From positions 3,030,001 to 3,062,000 of the forward strand of contig NC_022349.1 of the NCBI RefSeq assembly GCF_000354175.2: 32,000 bases of DNA, in the 5' to 3' direction. The stretch is from Vibrio alginolyticus NBRC 15630 = ATCC 17749. Lineage in GTDB: Bacteria; Pseudomonadota; Gammaproteobacteria; Enterobacterales; Vibrionaceae. The translations under genes and the position numbers were made by a program. Under the pieces are notes generated by a model. That model saw only the letters and a list, made by a program, of their open reading frames with translations. It did not search any database and was not told the DNA's origin. This document shows, piece after piece, positions 9,424 to 17,131 of the stretch. The stretch's first letter is position 1, and each line of letters begins with the position of its first letter.

Positions 9424-10572
9424 ATGTCAAAACGTGATTTTTACGAAGTATTAGGCGTAAGCCGTGATGCCTCAGAGCGCGATATCAAAAAGGCGTATAA
9501 GCGTCTAGCGATGAAATTCCACCCAGACCGAAACCAGGGTGATGATTCTGCGGCGGACAAGTTTAAAGAAGTAAAAGAAGCGTACGAAGTTCTGACCGAC
9601 CCTCAAAAGAAAGCGGCGTACGACCAATACGGTCATGCAGCTTTTGAACAAGGCGGCGGTGGTTTCGGTGGCGGCGGCTTTGGCGGCGGCGGTGCTGATT
9701 TCGGCGACATCTTTGGCGATGTATTCGGTGACATCTTTGGTGGTGGTCGTCGTGGCGGTGGTGGCCACCGTGCCCAGCGAGGTGCTGACCTACGTTACAA
9801 CATGGAATTGACGCTAGAAGAAGCGGTTCGTGGTGTAACGAAAGAGATCGAAGTACCGACACTAGTACACTGTGATACCTGTGATGGTAGTGGCGCGAAG
9901 AAAGGTTCATCTGCTGAAACATGTGGTACCTGTCATGGTCATGGTCAAGTACAGATGCGCCAGGGCTTCTTCGCAGTGCAACAAACCTGTCCTACCTGTC
10001 ACGGCAAAGGTAAAATCATTAAAGACCCTTGTAATGAGTGTCATGGTCAAGGTCGTAAGCAGAAAACAAAAACACTTAACGTTAAGATCCCAGCAGGTGT
10101 TGATACTGGCGACCGTATTCGTCTATCTGGCGAAGGTGAAGCGGGAGAAATGGGAGCACCAGCGGGTGACTTGTATGTACAAGTGCACGTGAAAGAGCAC
10201 CATATCTTCGAGCGTGATGGCAACAACCTATACTGTGAAGTGCCAGTAAGCTTTGCGATGGCAGCTCTAGGTGGTGAAGTTGAAGTACCAACCCTAGATG
10301 GTCGCGTAAGCCTAAAAGTGCCTTCAGAAACGCAAACAGGTCGTATGTTCCGTATGCGTGGTAAAGGTGTGAAAGGCGTTCGCGGTGGCGGTGTTGGTGA
10401 TCTTATTGTTAAGTTGGTTGTTGAAACACCAGTAAACCTAAGCTCACGCCAAAAAGAACTGCTCAAAGAGTTTGAAGAGTCTTGTGGTGGTGAAGCGGCG
10501 ACAAAGCACAAGCCTAAATCAGAAGGCTTTTTCAACGGTGTGAAAAAGTTCTTTGATGATTTAACCAGCTAA
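9424..10572 (+). CDS. dnaJ: Molecular chaperone DnaJ (Hsp40)
   Basis: The ORF track starts at a GTG at 9412. The ATG at 9424 gives the canonical [12 protein letters not shown] start. The protein has a J-domain with HPD (KFHPDRN), a G/F-rich linker, and four CxxCxGxG zinc-finger repeats ([32 protein letters not shown]). Confidence 0.97.
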   Translation: MSKRDFYEVLGVSRDASERDIKKAYKRLAMKFHPDRNQGDDSAADKFKEVKEAYEVLTDPQKKAAYDQYGHAAFEQGGGGFGGGGFGGGGADFGDIFGDVFGDIFGGGRRGGGGHRAQRGADLRYNMELTLEEAVRGVTKEIEVPTLVHCDTCDGSGAKKGSSAETCGTCHGHGQVQMRQGFFAVQQTCPTCHGKGKIIKDPCNECHGQGRKQKTKTLNVKIPAGVDTGDRIRLSGEGEAGEMGAPAGDLYVQVHVKEHHIFERDGNNLYCEVPVSFAMAALGGEVEVPTLDGRVSLKVPSETQTGRMFRMRGKGVKGVRGGGVGDLIVKLVVETPVNLSSRQKELLKEFEESCGGEAATKHKPKSEGFFNGVKKFFDDLTS

Positions 10573-10597
10573 GACGTTAGTGAAAAGCACAAATACA

Positions 10598-10625
10598 AAG
10601 GCCTGCTAAAATGCAGGCCTTTTTG
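10598..10625. terminator. Bidirectional intrinsic terminator shared by dnaJ and the convergent pilin gene
   Basis: AAAGGCCTGC-taaaat-GCAGGCCTTTTT has an A-run on the left and a T-run on the right. It lies between the stops at 10572 (+) and 10642 (-). Confidence 0.85.
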
Positions 10626-10641
10626 CATCTCGGTGTTCTTC

Positions 10642-11073
10642 CTAATTCCAGCAATCACTTGGTTCTTCGACATTTGTTGACGTTAAAGTAATCGTTTTAG
10701 AACCAGTCAAGCACTCGTCGTCGTCTTGTCCCAGAGCCGATTTTGCTGTTGCTGTAATGGTATAGGCCGTACTTGCAGAGCTCGCAATATCGAAAGAAAA
10801 TCTATTTGTGTCTGAGTCACATAGAGTGCATGTGCCTCCAGAGAGAATATGACTCCAGTCGTACCCACCATCATAAGATGTCTCTAGCTCTAGCTGAATT
10901 CGACTAAGATCGCTCAAGGCAACCGTCCTATGAGACTTGATTACATGATTAGTGTAAGAGGGGTATGCGACTGCAGCAATGATCCCGACAATCACTACAG
11001 CTACCAGTAATTCGATCAATGTCATCCCTCTCAATCCTTTTTTGTAGCCGTTACAACGAGAAATTCGAATCAT
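10642..11073 (-). CDS. pilE: Type IV pilin, PilE-like (prepilin with class III signal)
   Basis: The ORF track starts at a TTG at 11133. I prefer the ATG at 11073, which has AAGGAA 10 nt upstream. The leader is MIRISRCNGYKKGLRG, followed by the mature N-terminus MTLIELLVAVVIVGIIAAVAYPSY, giving the G/xTLIE prepilin peptidase site with Glu5. The C-terminus (...CLTGSKTITLTS...PSDCWN) resembles the P. aeruginosa PilE C-terminal disulfide region ending DCWR, from memory. The start codon is uncertain. Confidence 0.8.
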   Translation of the reverse strand: MIRISRCNGYKKGLRGMTLIELLVAVVIVGIIAAVAYPSYTNHVIKSHRTVALSDLSRIQLELETSYDGGYDWSHILSGGTCTLCDSDTNRFSFDIASSASTAYTITATAKSALGQDDDECLTGSKTITLTSTNVEEPSDCWN

Positions 11074-11176
11074 CACGAGTAGTTTCCTTTTCACTTTTCC
11101 GCCTATTTTTGGCAGGTGATAGCATCTGTGCAAGATGAATTACGGCCCTTTTGCCGTTTACATAGGAATTTGGGAA

Positions 11177-11686
11177 ATGCCTCGCGGGTTTACGTTGTTG
11201 GAGCTTCTTATTACTGTTGCTGTACTGAGTATTATATTGGCGTTTGCAGCTCCAAGCTTTAGCCGTGTTTCACAAACTGTGCAAATGCAGCGATTAGCAA
11301 CTGAATTAGCTGGTTTTCTAAGCCAAAGTAAGTCCGAGGCGGTAATGAGAAATCAAAAATTATATATTCATTTCTCTATGGCTAAAAACGTCGTTGTCAG
11401 TCAAGGTGCATGGTCTCTACAGTTAACTAACTCGTCTAGCGGCTCTGGGGGCGTAATTTTAAGCCTTTCCGGCTCTGCCTACTCTGAATTATCTTTGAAG
11501 CACAGCTACGAGAATCAAAAAATAAGCTTCGATGAGGTCCGTGGACGACCCCAAGGAGGAAATATAGAGTTTTTCCCAACTAATGCTCAAAACATAAAAC
11601 TACAAGCAAAGCTCTCCAACCCTCCCGGAAGGATAAAAATTTGTAGTAACTCTGGAGCTAAGTTATATGATTACCGTCAGTGCTAA
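11177..11686 (+). CDS. fimT: Minor pilin, FimT/GspH family
   Basis: The ORF track starts at 11135. The ATG at 11177 has AGGAA 8 nt upstream and gives a short leader MPRG, then FTLLELLITVAVLSIILAFAAPSF. This is a prepilin N-terminal methylation motif, and the AxPSF motif is typical of FimT/GspH-type minor pilins. Confidence 0.8.
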   Translation: MPRGFTLLELLITVAVLSIILAFAAPSFSRVSQTVQMQRLATELAGFLSQSKSEAVMRNQKLYIHFSMAKNVVVSQGAWSLQLTNSSSGSGGVILSLSGSAYSELSLKHSYENQKISFDEVRGRPQGGNIEFFPTNAQNIKLQAKLSNPPGRIKICSNSGAKLYDYRQC

Positions 11687-12284
11687 CAAACGCTATCAAA
11701 TAGGTAGCTCTTTAATCGAATTGATGATTAGTTCTTTAATTGGGTTAATTGTCCTTAGTGTAGTGGGCTCTATATTCTTGAGTTTACAAAAAACAGCAAA
11801 GGAAAAAAGCTTAGGGCTAAATTTATTGCAAGGTCTGAATATCACTTTATCTGTTATGAAAGAAGATATTCAAAGAGCAGGTTATGATGGTGGGAACGGT
11901 AGTTCACTCAAATTATCCGGAGCTACAGGAACCATAATGCTGAGCGGCGCCTCTTCTGTAGGGCTTGTGTATTTTAAAGAGGACTCAGCTGCCAATGAAG
12001 ACTATCGAAATATTAAGTATGAGAAGAGAGATACTCGGTTTTTTATATGTGAAAAAGGTGTTGTGTCTCAAACACAAATATTATCTTTTGATGGTATAGA
12101 TTTTTGTCGTTCTCTATTTGATGATGATATTTTCCAAGTTACCCAATTCACCGTTAGTTCAGAAACAGTGACTAATGGAGGAAATGTAAGTTCGGTCACG
12201 AGCGTTAAGTTAGGTTTGAAAACGATTGATGGAGCCTTTAGTGAAGTTGCGGAGTTTTCTATCAAACAAAGGAATTGGCAATGA
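11667..12284 (+). CDS. pilW: Minor pilin, PilW-like
   Basis: The leader is MITVSANKRYQIG, followed by SSLIELMISSLIGLIVLSVVGSIF. This is the PilW-type pattern G-x-S-L-I-E-L-M-I-x-x-x-I-G-L with Glu5, but with Ser at +1 rather than Phe or Met. The gene overlaps the fimT 3' end by 20 nt. Confidence 0.7.
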   Translation: MITVSANKRYQIGSSLIELMISSLIGLIVLSVVGSIFLSLQKTAKEKSLGLNLLQGLNITLSVMKEDIQRAGYDGGNGSSLKLSGATGTIMLSGASSVGLVYFKEDSAANEDYRNIKYEKRDTRFFICEKGVVSQTQILSFDGIDFCRSLFDDDIFQVTQFTVSSETVTNGGNVSSVTSVKLGLKTIDGAFSEVAEFSIKQRNWQ

Positions 12285-13534
12285 CATCTAAATATAGCTA
12301 TTCCGGTTATACCACTTTGCTTGTGACTTCTATACTTTTATTACTTGCTTTAATTGCATCATTAGCATCATCCAAAGGTGTATTTTTTCAAATAAAAGTT
12401 GCGCAAAACGAAATAAAATCTCGACAAGCACATTGGTTAGCGGAAGGAGGTGTTGAATGTGCATGGGCGCAATTTAGAGTTAATAATATTGTACCAGCCG
12501 TAATAACAGATTGTGGCTCAGGGCTTTGGACGATTCCGAGTTTTACGAGTACTTCCAATGGGTATTTGGTTACTTCTAATGTTGGATTTACAAGCATTAG
12601 TAAGGAGATTATTTTGGGAGGTAACTTGAGTTATGGTGCAATGCAGTCTAGTGCAGACATTTATTTTCATTCTAGTGCAACGTTCTCTACTCCAGACCCA
12701 GGGGAATTGAGCAGCGATGGGTGGGAGTGTATTGCGTTAAGGTATAAAAAGCGCTTTTACTCCTCTTCAGTTGATAATAAAGGCGTAATTCATGGAGAGT
12801 CTCCCTATGCCGATTTTAACAACCCTACAAATAAAGATTGTGCAAACACGACGGCAAACCGTCATCTCTCATCTAGTGTTGGCGGGGTTGATGCTGGTGA
12901 TGATTTTACTCAAGATACAGATTTAAAGCCATTTGAATCCTTCTTTGGAGTAAAGGCTGAAGAGCATAACGATGTCCGAGATAATGGTGTATTTCATGTT
13001 ATGACGGGCTCAGTGGCTGATGGTATACCTAATTGTGGTGCTGCTTTAACAGCAGAAATTCAGTCAGGGAAGCATCATTTATGGGTGGAAGGGAGCTGTG
13101 AAATCAAGCAATCGGAATACAATGATTTAGTGAATGCTACATCATCGACCAATGGCGTAACAGTGCTCATTCATGATGGTCTTTTCTCCGTGATGGGACC
13201 ACCGAGCTCCGGCGCTACATCAAATAAGTTTAAAGGGGTCTTGTTTCATTTCAATCATGATTATACCCCGACAACAGCGGATTGGGTTGGGTTCGAAGCC
13301 AATGCTCACCTAAATCATGTGCCAAGTGTTGTTGAAGACTCATACAGGACAATAGCTTCTTATTATCAGCATGGTTCTTTTACGGTATCTGGTGGTCAAT
13401 ATTTTGATAGTGAAGATCAGGCAGCGGTTTTCTTCGATTCTTTGGACTTTAGATACAATAAAGATGTGATAGACAATTCAAGGAATGCGCATGCAATTCC
13501 TAGATGGAAAAAAGGCTCCTGGAATGATCTCTAA
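12281..13534 (+). CDS. Large (417 aa) Cys-rich protein in the PilX/YgdB position of the minor-pilin operon
   Basis: The ATG at 12281 overlaps the pilW stop (ATGA) and has AAGGAA upstream. The N-terminus MTSKYSYSGYTTLLVTSILLLLALIASL is a hydrophobic PilX_N-like anchor without Glu5. About 385 aa of Cys-containing soluble sequence follow, and I recognise no family in it. Confidence 0.6.
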   Translation: MTSKYSYSGYTTLLVTSILLLLALIASLASSKGVFFQIKVAQNEIKSRQAHWLAEGGVECAWAQFRVNNIVPAVITDCGSGLWTIPSFTSTSNGYLVTSNVGFTSISKEIILGGNLSYGAMQSSADIYFHSSATFSTPDPGELSSDGWECIALRYKKRFYSSSVDNKGVIHGESPYADFNNPTNKDCANTTANRHLSSSVGGVDAGDDFTQDTDLKPFESFFGVKAEEHNDVRDNGVFHVMTGSVADGIPNCGAALTAEIQSGKHHLWVEGSCEIKQSEYNDLVNATSSTNGVTVLIHDGLFSVMGPPSSGATSNKFKGVLFHFNHDYTPTTADWVGFEANAHLNHVPSVVEDSYRTIASYYQHGSFTVSGGQYFDSEDQAAVFFDSLDFRYNKDVIDNSRNAHAIPRWKKGSWNDL

Positions 13535-13934
13535 ACAAAAAGGTTTTAACCTTCTTGAAGTTCTAATTTCTTTTCTACTTATAGGTGTTGGGGCACTAGG
13601 TTTAACTAAGCTAAACGTGTATTTAGAACGCGAATCCGAATATGCCATAAAAAGTATTGAAGCACTTCGTCTAGCAGAAAACCAGCTCGAATGGTTCCGG
13701 ACGCGTGGTGCTTCTGCGGCGATGTCTACCATCACACCTGCAAATTTTGCTTCTATTGCAACAGGCTCTTCTGTTACTGGATCTTATGTCGTCGAGTGGG
13801 AAGTTCCAGCTGCCACGGTTTCAGGAACACTGAAAACTATCACCATTACCTCTAGCTGGAAGGATAGAATTGGCGAGACGCGATCAGTGCAGCTTAAAAC
13901 GATGATCTCACAATACAGTGAATTCGAAAACTAA
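13524..13934 (+). CDS. pilV: Minor pilin, PilV-like
   Basis: The ORF track starts at 13485. The ATG at 13524 gives the leader MISKQKG, then FNLLEVLISFLLIGVGALGL. This fits the PilV signature GF-x-L-x-EVL-x-x-x-x-x-x-x-G-x-L-G. The gene overlaps the upstream gene by 11 nt. Confidence 0.75.
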   Translation: MISKQKGFNLLEVLISFLLIGVGALGLTKLNVYLERESEYAIKSIEALRLAENQLEWFRTRGASAAMSTITPANFASIATGSSVTGSYVVEWEVPAATVSGTLKTITITSSWKDRIGETRSVQLKTMISQYSEFEN

Positions 13935-14222
13935 GTTCAATTGCATACATGGGCTGGGACAAATGCGGGTGTAATTCCTGTTTAATACCGGATTTGTCAC
14001 GGTTAATAAATAGTTTTTGAACTGTTAATTGAGTTGATGTGCTACTGTTTTTATTATGTTTAATTGAAGTGGTGTTTTTGCAAAATATGTCTCCAATTAT
14101 GAAAAAAAATCTAGAACCTTGTGCTTTCTCCATTAGTGTTTACTAGAATACTCGTTGGATAGTAGGTCGTTATAATTATTCAAATAGGCCTTGGCACCAA
14201 CATCATTCACTATGGAGTTACC

Positions 14223-15782
14223 ATGAGTAACCAAGCTGTAAATAAGGCACCATCATCGAAGCCGAGCGGGATGGAGCGCTTTTTAAACTTTATCGAGAGG
14301 ACAGGTAACAAAATTCCTGATCCTGCGATTTTGTTCTTCTGGGCATTGATCATTACTTGGGCGGCGTCAGCACTTTTGTCGAATGTATCATTCGATCTTC
14401 CAAACCCTCGAACGGGCGAAGCTCTTAGTATCACCAACTTACTTACGGGCGAAGCGCTAGCAAGTTTCCTTGCTAACATGGTGACGACGTTTACTGGCTT
14501 TGCGCCACTGGGTATCGTACTTGTCGCAATGCTAGGTGTGGGTGTTGCAGATTCTTCGGGCTTTATTACGACGGGTCTTAAGAAGATGCTGAACTTCACG
14601 CCAGCTAAGCTTCTTACTCCAATGCTTATTTTGGTTGCCATTGTATCGCATACTGCGGCAGATGCAGGCTATGTTCTGGTTATTCCTCTTGGCGGTATTA
14701 TCTTCCATGCGGCAGGTCGTCACCCTTTAGCAGGTATTGCGGCAGCATTTGCAGGTGTATCTGGTGGCTTCTCTGCAAACTTTATCCCTTCAGGTATCGA
14801 TCCGCTATTGGCTGGCTTTACGCAAACTGCGGCGCAGGTTCTTGATCCTGAATATGTGGTTAACCCATTAGCGAACATCTTCTTCACTGGCCTATCCTCT
14901 ATCATTATTGTGGGGATTGGTTGGTACGTGACAGAGAAAATCATCGAGCCTCGTTTATCAAAAATGCCAATTGATGATGATGCGGAAACCGCGCCAAACC
15001 TAGGTTCATTTACTGAACTGGAATCAAAAGCATTCCGTTATGCAGGTTGGGCAATGATGGCGGGTATTGCTTTACTTGTTGCAGCGTTAATTCCAGAAAC
15101 ATCAGCACTTCGCTCGCCTGAAGGTGAAATTACTGCCTTCTCAGCACCGATAATGAAGTCTATCGTGCCGTTGATCTTTATTCTGTTTATCATTCCTGGT
15201 TACGTTTACGGTAAAGTGTCTGGAACGTTCAAGACCAGCAACGACATTATCAAAGCGATGGCTGATACTATGTCAACCATGGGCGCATACATTGTTATGT
15301 CGTTCTTCTGTGCTCAGTTCCTATCTGCATTTGCTCAGTCAAACATCGGTACGATGCTAGCGTTGTATGGCGCAGAAGGCTTAAAAGCGATGAACCTACC
15401 AGGTGAAGTGACCATCATCGGTATGATCCTTCTAACCGCGTCTGTAAACCTACTTATTGGTTCGGCATCGGCAAAATGGGCTTTAATTGGTCCAATCCTA
15501 GTGCCAATGCTAATGGCGGTTGGTATCTCGCCTGAGCTGTCTCAGGCGGCTTACCGTGTGGGTGACTCTGTATCGAACATCATTTCGCCTCTAATGGTAT
15601 TTTTCCCTCTTGTTGTGGTTTACTGTCAGCGTTATGTGAAGTCGGCTGGTATCGGTACGCTTGCGTCACTAATGATGCCATTCTCGATCGCAATGCTGAT
15701 CGGTTGGTCTATCTTCCTAGTTGCTTATTGGATGGTAGGTATCCCGCTAGGCATTCAAGCTCCTTACACTTACACAATGTAA
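14223..15782 (+). CDS. AbgT-family transporter (p-aminobenzoyl-glutamate / antimetabolite efflux family)
   Basis: 519-aa polytopic ORF with a GGAG SD. The N-terminal block RFLNFIERTGNKIPDPAILFF and the overall length and topology are characteristic of the AbgT/MtrF/YdaH family as I recall it. Confidence 0.88.
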   Translation: MSNQAVNKAPSSKPSGMERFLNFIERTGNKIPDPAILFFWALIITWAASALLSNVSFDLPNPRTGEALSITNLLTGEALASFLANMVTTFTGFAPLGIVLVAMLGVGVADSSGFITTGLKKMLNFTPAKLLTPMLILVAIVSHTAADAGYVLVIPLGGIIFHAAGRHPLAGIAAAFAGVSGGFSANFIPSGIDPLLAGFTQTAAQVLDPEYVVNPLANIFFTGLSSIIIVGIGWYVTEKIIEPRLSKMPIDDDAETAPNLGSFTELESKAFRYAGWAMMAGIALLVAALIPETSALRSPEGEITAFSAPIMKSIVPLIFILFIIPGYVYGKVSGTFKTSNDIIKAMADTMSTMGAYIVMSFFCAQFLSAFAQSNIGTMLALYGAEGLKAMNLPGEVTIIGMILLTASVNLLIGSASAKWALIGPILVPMLMAVGISPELSQAAYRVGDSVSNIISPLMVFFPLVVVYCQRYVKSAGIGTLASLMMPFSIAMLIGWSIFLVAYWMVGIPLGIQAPYTYTM

Positions 15783-15820
15783 AAACGTGTAGGGTGTGAA
15801 AGCCGCTAATTGGCAGCCAA

Positions 15821-15850
15821 AAAGCGCAGGTCTTCGATCTGCGTTTTTTT
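15821..15850 (+). terminator. Intrinsic terminator of the AbgT-family gene
   Basis: CGCAGGTC-ttc-GATCTGCG (1 mismatch), preceded by AAAA and followed by TTTTTTT. Confidence 0.7.
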
Positions 15851-15982
15851 GTTCTCGTAAAACGAACATCGATAGGTCTTGTAACTAGTTTTTTGGAGTT
15901 GCAGACTTTGTCCCGTGATGTGTTGCTGTAGTGAAACCGAAGTTGGTGATAAAATTCCTGACTTCAATCGTTTTTTGTTTCT

Positions 15983-16543
15983 TTGGAGCCTCCTTTGTCT
16001 AACCATCCGTTTTCCCCTCAAGATGAATTGTTTATGCGCAGAGCGATGGAGCTTGCTGAGCAAGCAGAAGCTGAGGGGGAAGTACCTGTTGGCGCAGTGC
16101 TTGTCAAAGATGGTGAAATTATCGCTGAGGGGTGGAATCGCTCTATTGGTACTAATGACGCTACCGCACATGCTGAGATCCAAACGCTGCGTAAAGCAGG
16201 CCAAAAGCTAGAAAATTACCGCCTTCTGGATACGACGTTATATGTAACACTTGAGCCATGCCCAATGTGTGCCGGAGCCTTATTGCATAGCCGCGTTAAG
16301 CGGGTTGTTTTTGGAGCGCCAGATTTAAAAGCTGGAGCAGCAGGAACAGTGCTTAATTTGTTTGAAAGTCAAGCCGCTTACCATTACGCCTTAATTGAAA
16401 AGGGGCTGCTAGAAGATGAGTGCCGTACTCAGCTACAAGCGTTTTTTAAGCGCCGCCGAAAGGAAATTAAAGCGAAGAAGCAAGCACAAAAAGCATTAGA
16501 AAATGGAGAGAGCGAACAAGGTAGTAGGAGTTGTGAGGGCTAG
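15983..16543 (+). CDS. tadA: tRNA adenosine(34) deaminase TadA
   Basis: It has the CDA-fold zinc motifs HAEI and PCPMCAGA and the EVPVGAVLV block, and is collinear with E. coli TadA, including the basic C-terminal tail. The ORF opens with a TTG at 15983. The first ATG (16034) would remove residues that align with the E. coli N-terminus, so the start is uncertain by about 17 codons. Confidence 0.92.
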   Translation: MEPPLSNHPFSPQDELFMRRAMELAEQAEAEGEVPVGAVLVKDGEIIAEGWNRSIGTNDATAHAEIQTLRKAGQKLENYRLLDTTLYVTLEPCPMCAGALLHSRVKRVVFGAPDLKAGAAGTVLNLFESQAAYHYALIEKGLLEDECRTQLQAFFKRRRKEIKAKKQAQKALENGESEQGSRSCEG

Positions 16544-16571
16544 CAAACACCTACAACGTGGTAGATGTTTG
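16544..16571. other. 11-bp stem-loop immediately after the tadA stop (no U-tract on either strand)
   Basis: CAAACACCTAC (16544-16554), loop aacgtg, then GTAGATGTTTG (16561-16571), with one C/A mismatch. It sits between the tadA stop and the stop of the candidate minus-strand mini-ORF. Confidence 0.5.
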
Positions 16572-16581
16572 CTTGGACGCA

Positions 16582-16716
16582 CTAGTGATTGACTAAATGT
16601 ACAAAAACACGATTACGTGAACTTACTTTCTTTTTCATACATGTCAGTTTACGTTTACGTCGGATAGCAGCTACTGTGTTATTTAAACGCTTTGACTGCA
16701 CTCTACGTCTTCTCAT
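16582..16716 (-). CDS. Candidate 44-aa highly basic small protein (unannotated, below the ORF-track cutoff)
   Basis: The minus strand reads GGAGG (16729-16725), then 8 nt, then an ATG (16716). The translation is MRRRRVQSKRLNNTVAAIRRKRKLTCMKKKVSSRNRVFVHLVNH, ending at a TAG (16584-16582). 17 of the 44 residues are Arg or Lys. This is the best SD spacing in the window for an unannotated ORF. I could identify no promoter and recognise no homolog. Confidence 0.3.
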   Translation of the reverse strand: MRRRRVQSKRLNNTVAAIRRKRKLTCMKKKVSSRNRVFVHLVNH

Positions 16717-17083
16717 ATTCAAAACCTCCTGCAGACAAGACTTTTACCAGTAAAGTGCGGCTCATCGATGCTTGGCAATAGGCTCGATAATCGCACTAAA
16801 CATTGTATGGTTTAAACGTTCTTCATTTGACTTCTGCATTGCACAGAGCCAGCAAACAATTTCAATACGATGCTTAATAATAGGAGTGACGTTATTTCGG
16901 CAGAGTGTAGCCGAAAGCGCCGCTTCATCAAGTGAGCTAAACCATGTGGTTGTAAAGTAATCTGTTACAAAGCAATCAGTTTTACTAACGATGAAGAAAA
17001 GGCGACCAACCAAAGGAATGGTTGAGTGTGGTTGGTGTCACTCAGAATATTGGAGTCTAGATAAGTTTTCGTTAGGACTCAAC

Positions 17084-17117
17084 AAAAATGACGAGCTTCA
17101 TAGGCTCGTCATTTTTT
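17084..17117. terminator. Bidirectional intrinsic terminator downstream of mltF
   Basis: AAAAATGACGAGC-ttcatag-GCTCGTCATTTTTT forms a 9-bp perfect stem with an A-run and a T-run on the flanks. It lies 15 nt beyond the mltF stop (17132). Confidence 0.8.
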
Positions 17118-17131
17118 AGTTTACCGCGGGT

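Noticed and set aside
9655-9760. A GGC/GGT-rich repetitive DNA tract that looks like a tandem repeat.
   Set aside because: It encodes the DnaJ G/F-rich linker ([32 protein letters not shown]). The repetition is protein-level low complexity, not a CRISPR or VNTR element.
11074-11176. A search of the divergent pilE/fimT control region for CRP or CRP-S (TGCGA-N6-TCGCA) competence-type sites.
   Set aside because: No TGCGA/TCGCA or TGTGA/TCACA pair with 6-nt spacing was found. GGTGATAGCATCTGTGC is not a dyad.
13935-14222. A 288-nt leader before the AbgT-family transporter, checked for ZTP/folate-type riboswitch features and for an operon terminator after pilV.
   Set aside because: The only structure is a GACAAAT-N27-ATTTGTC inverted repeat. 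No ZTP (pfl) consensus blocks are present and there is no stem plus U-tract. Nothing there can be supported.
16772-16960. A 62-aa plus-strand ORF in the tadA-mltF spacer.
   Set aside because: It has no SD and a hydrophobic, low-complexity sequence. It lies antisense to the equally doubtful 83-codon ORF, and I have no basis to prefer it.
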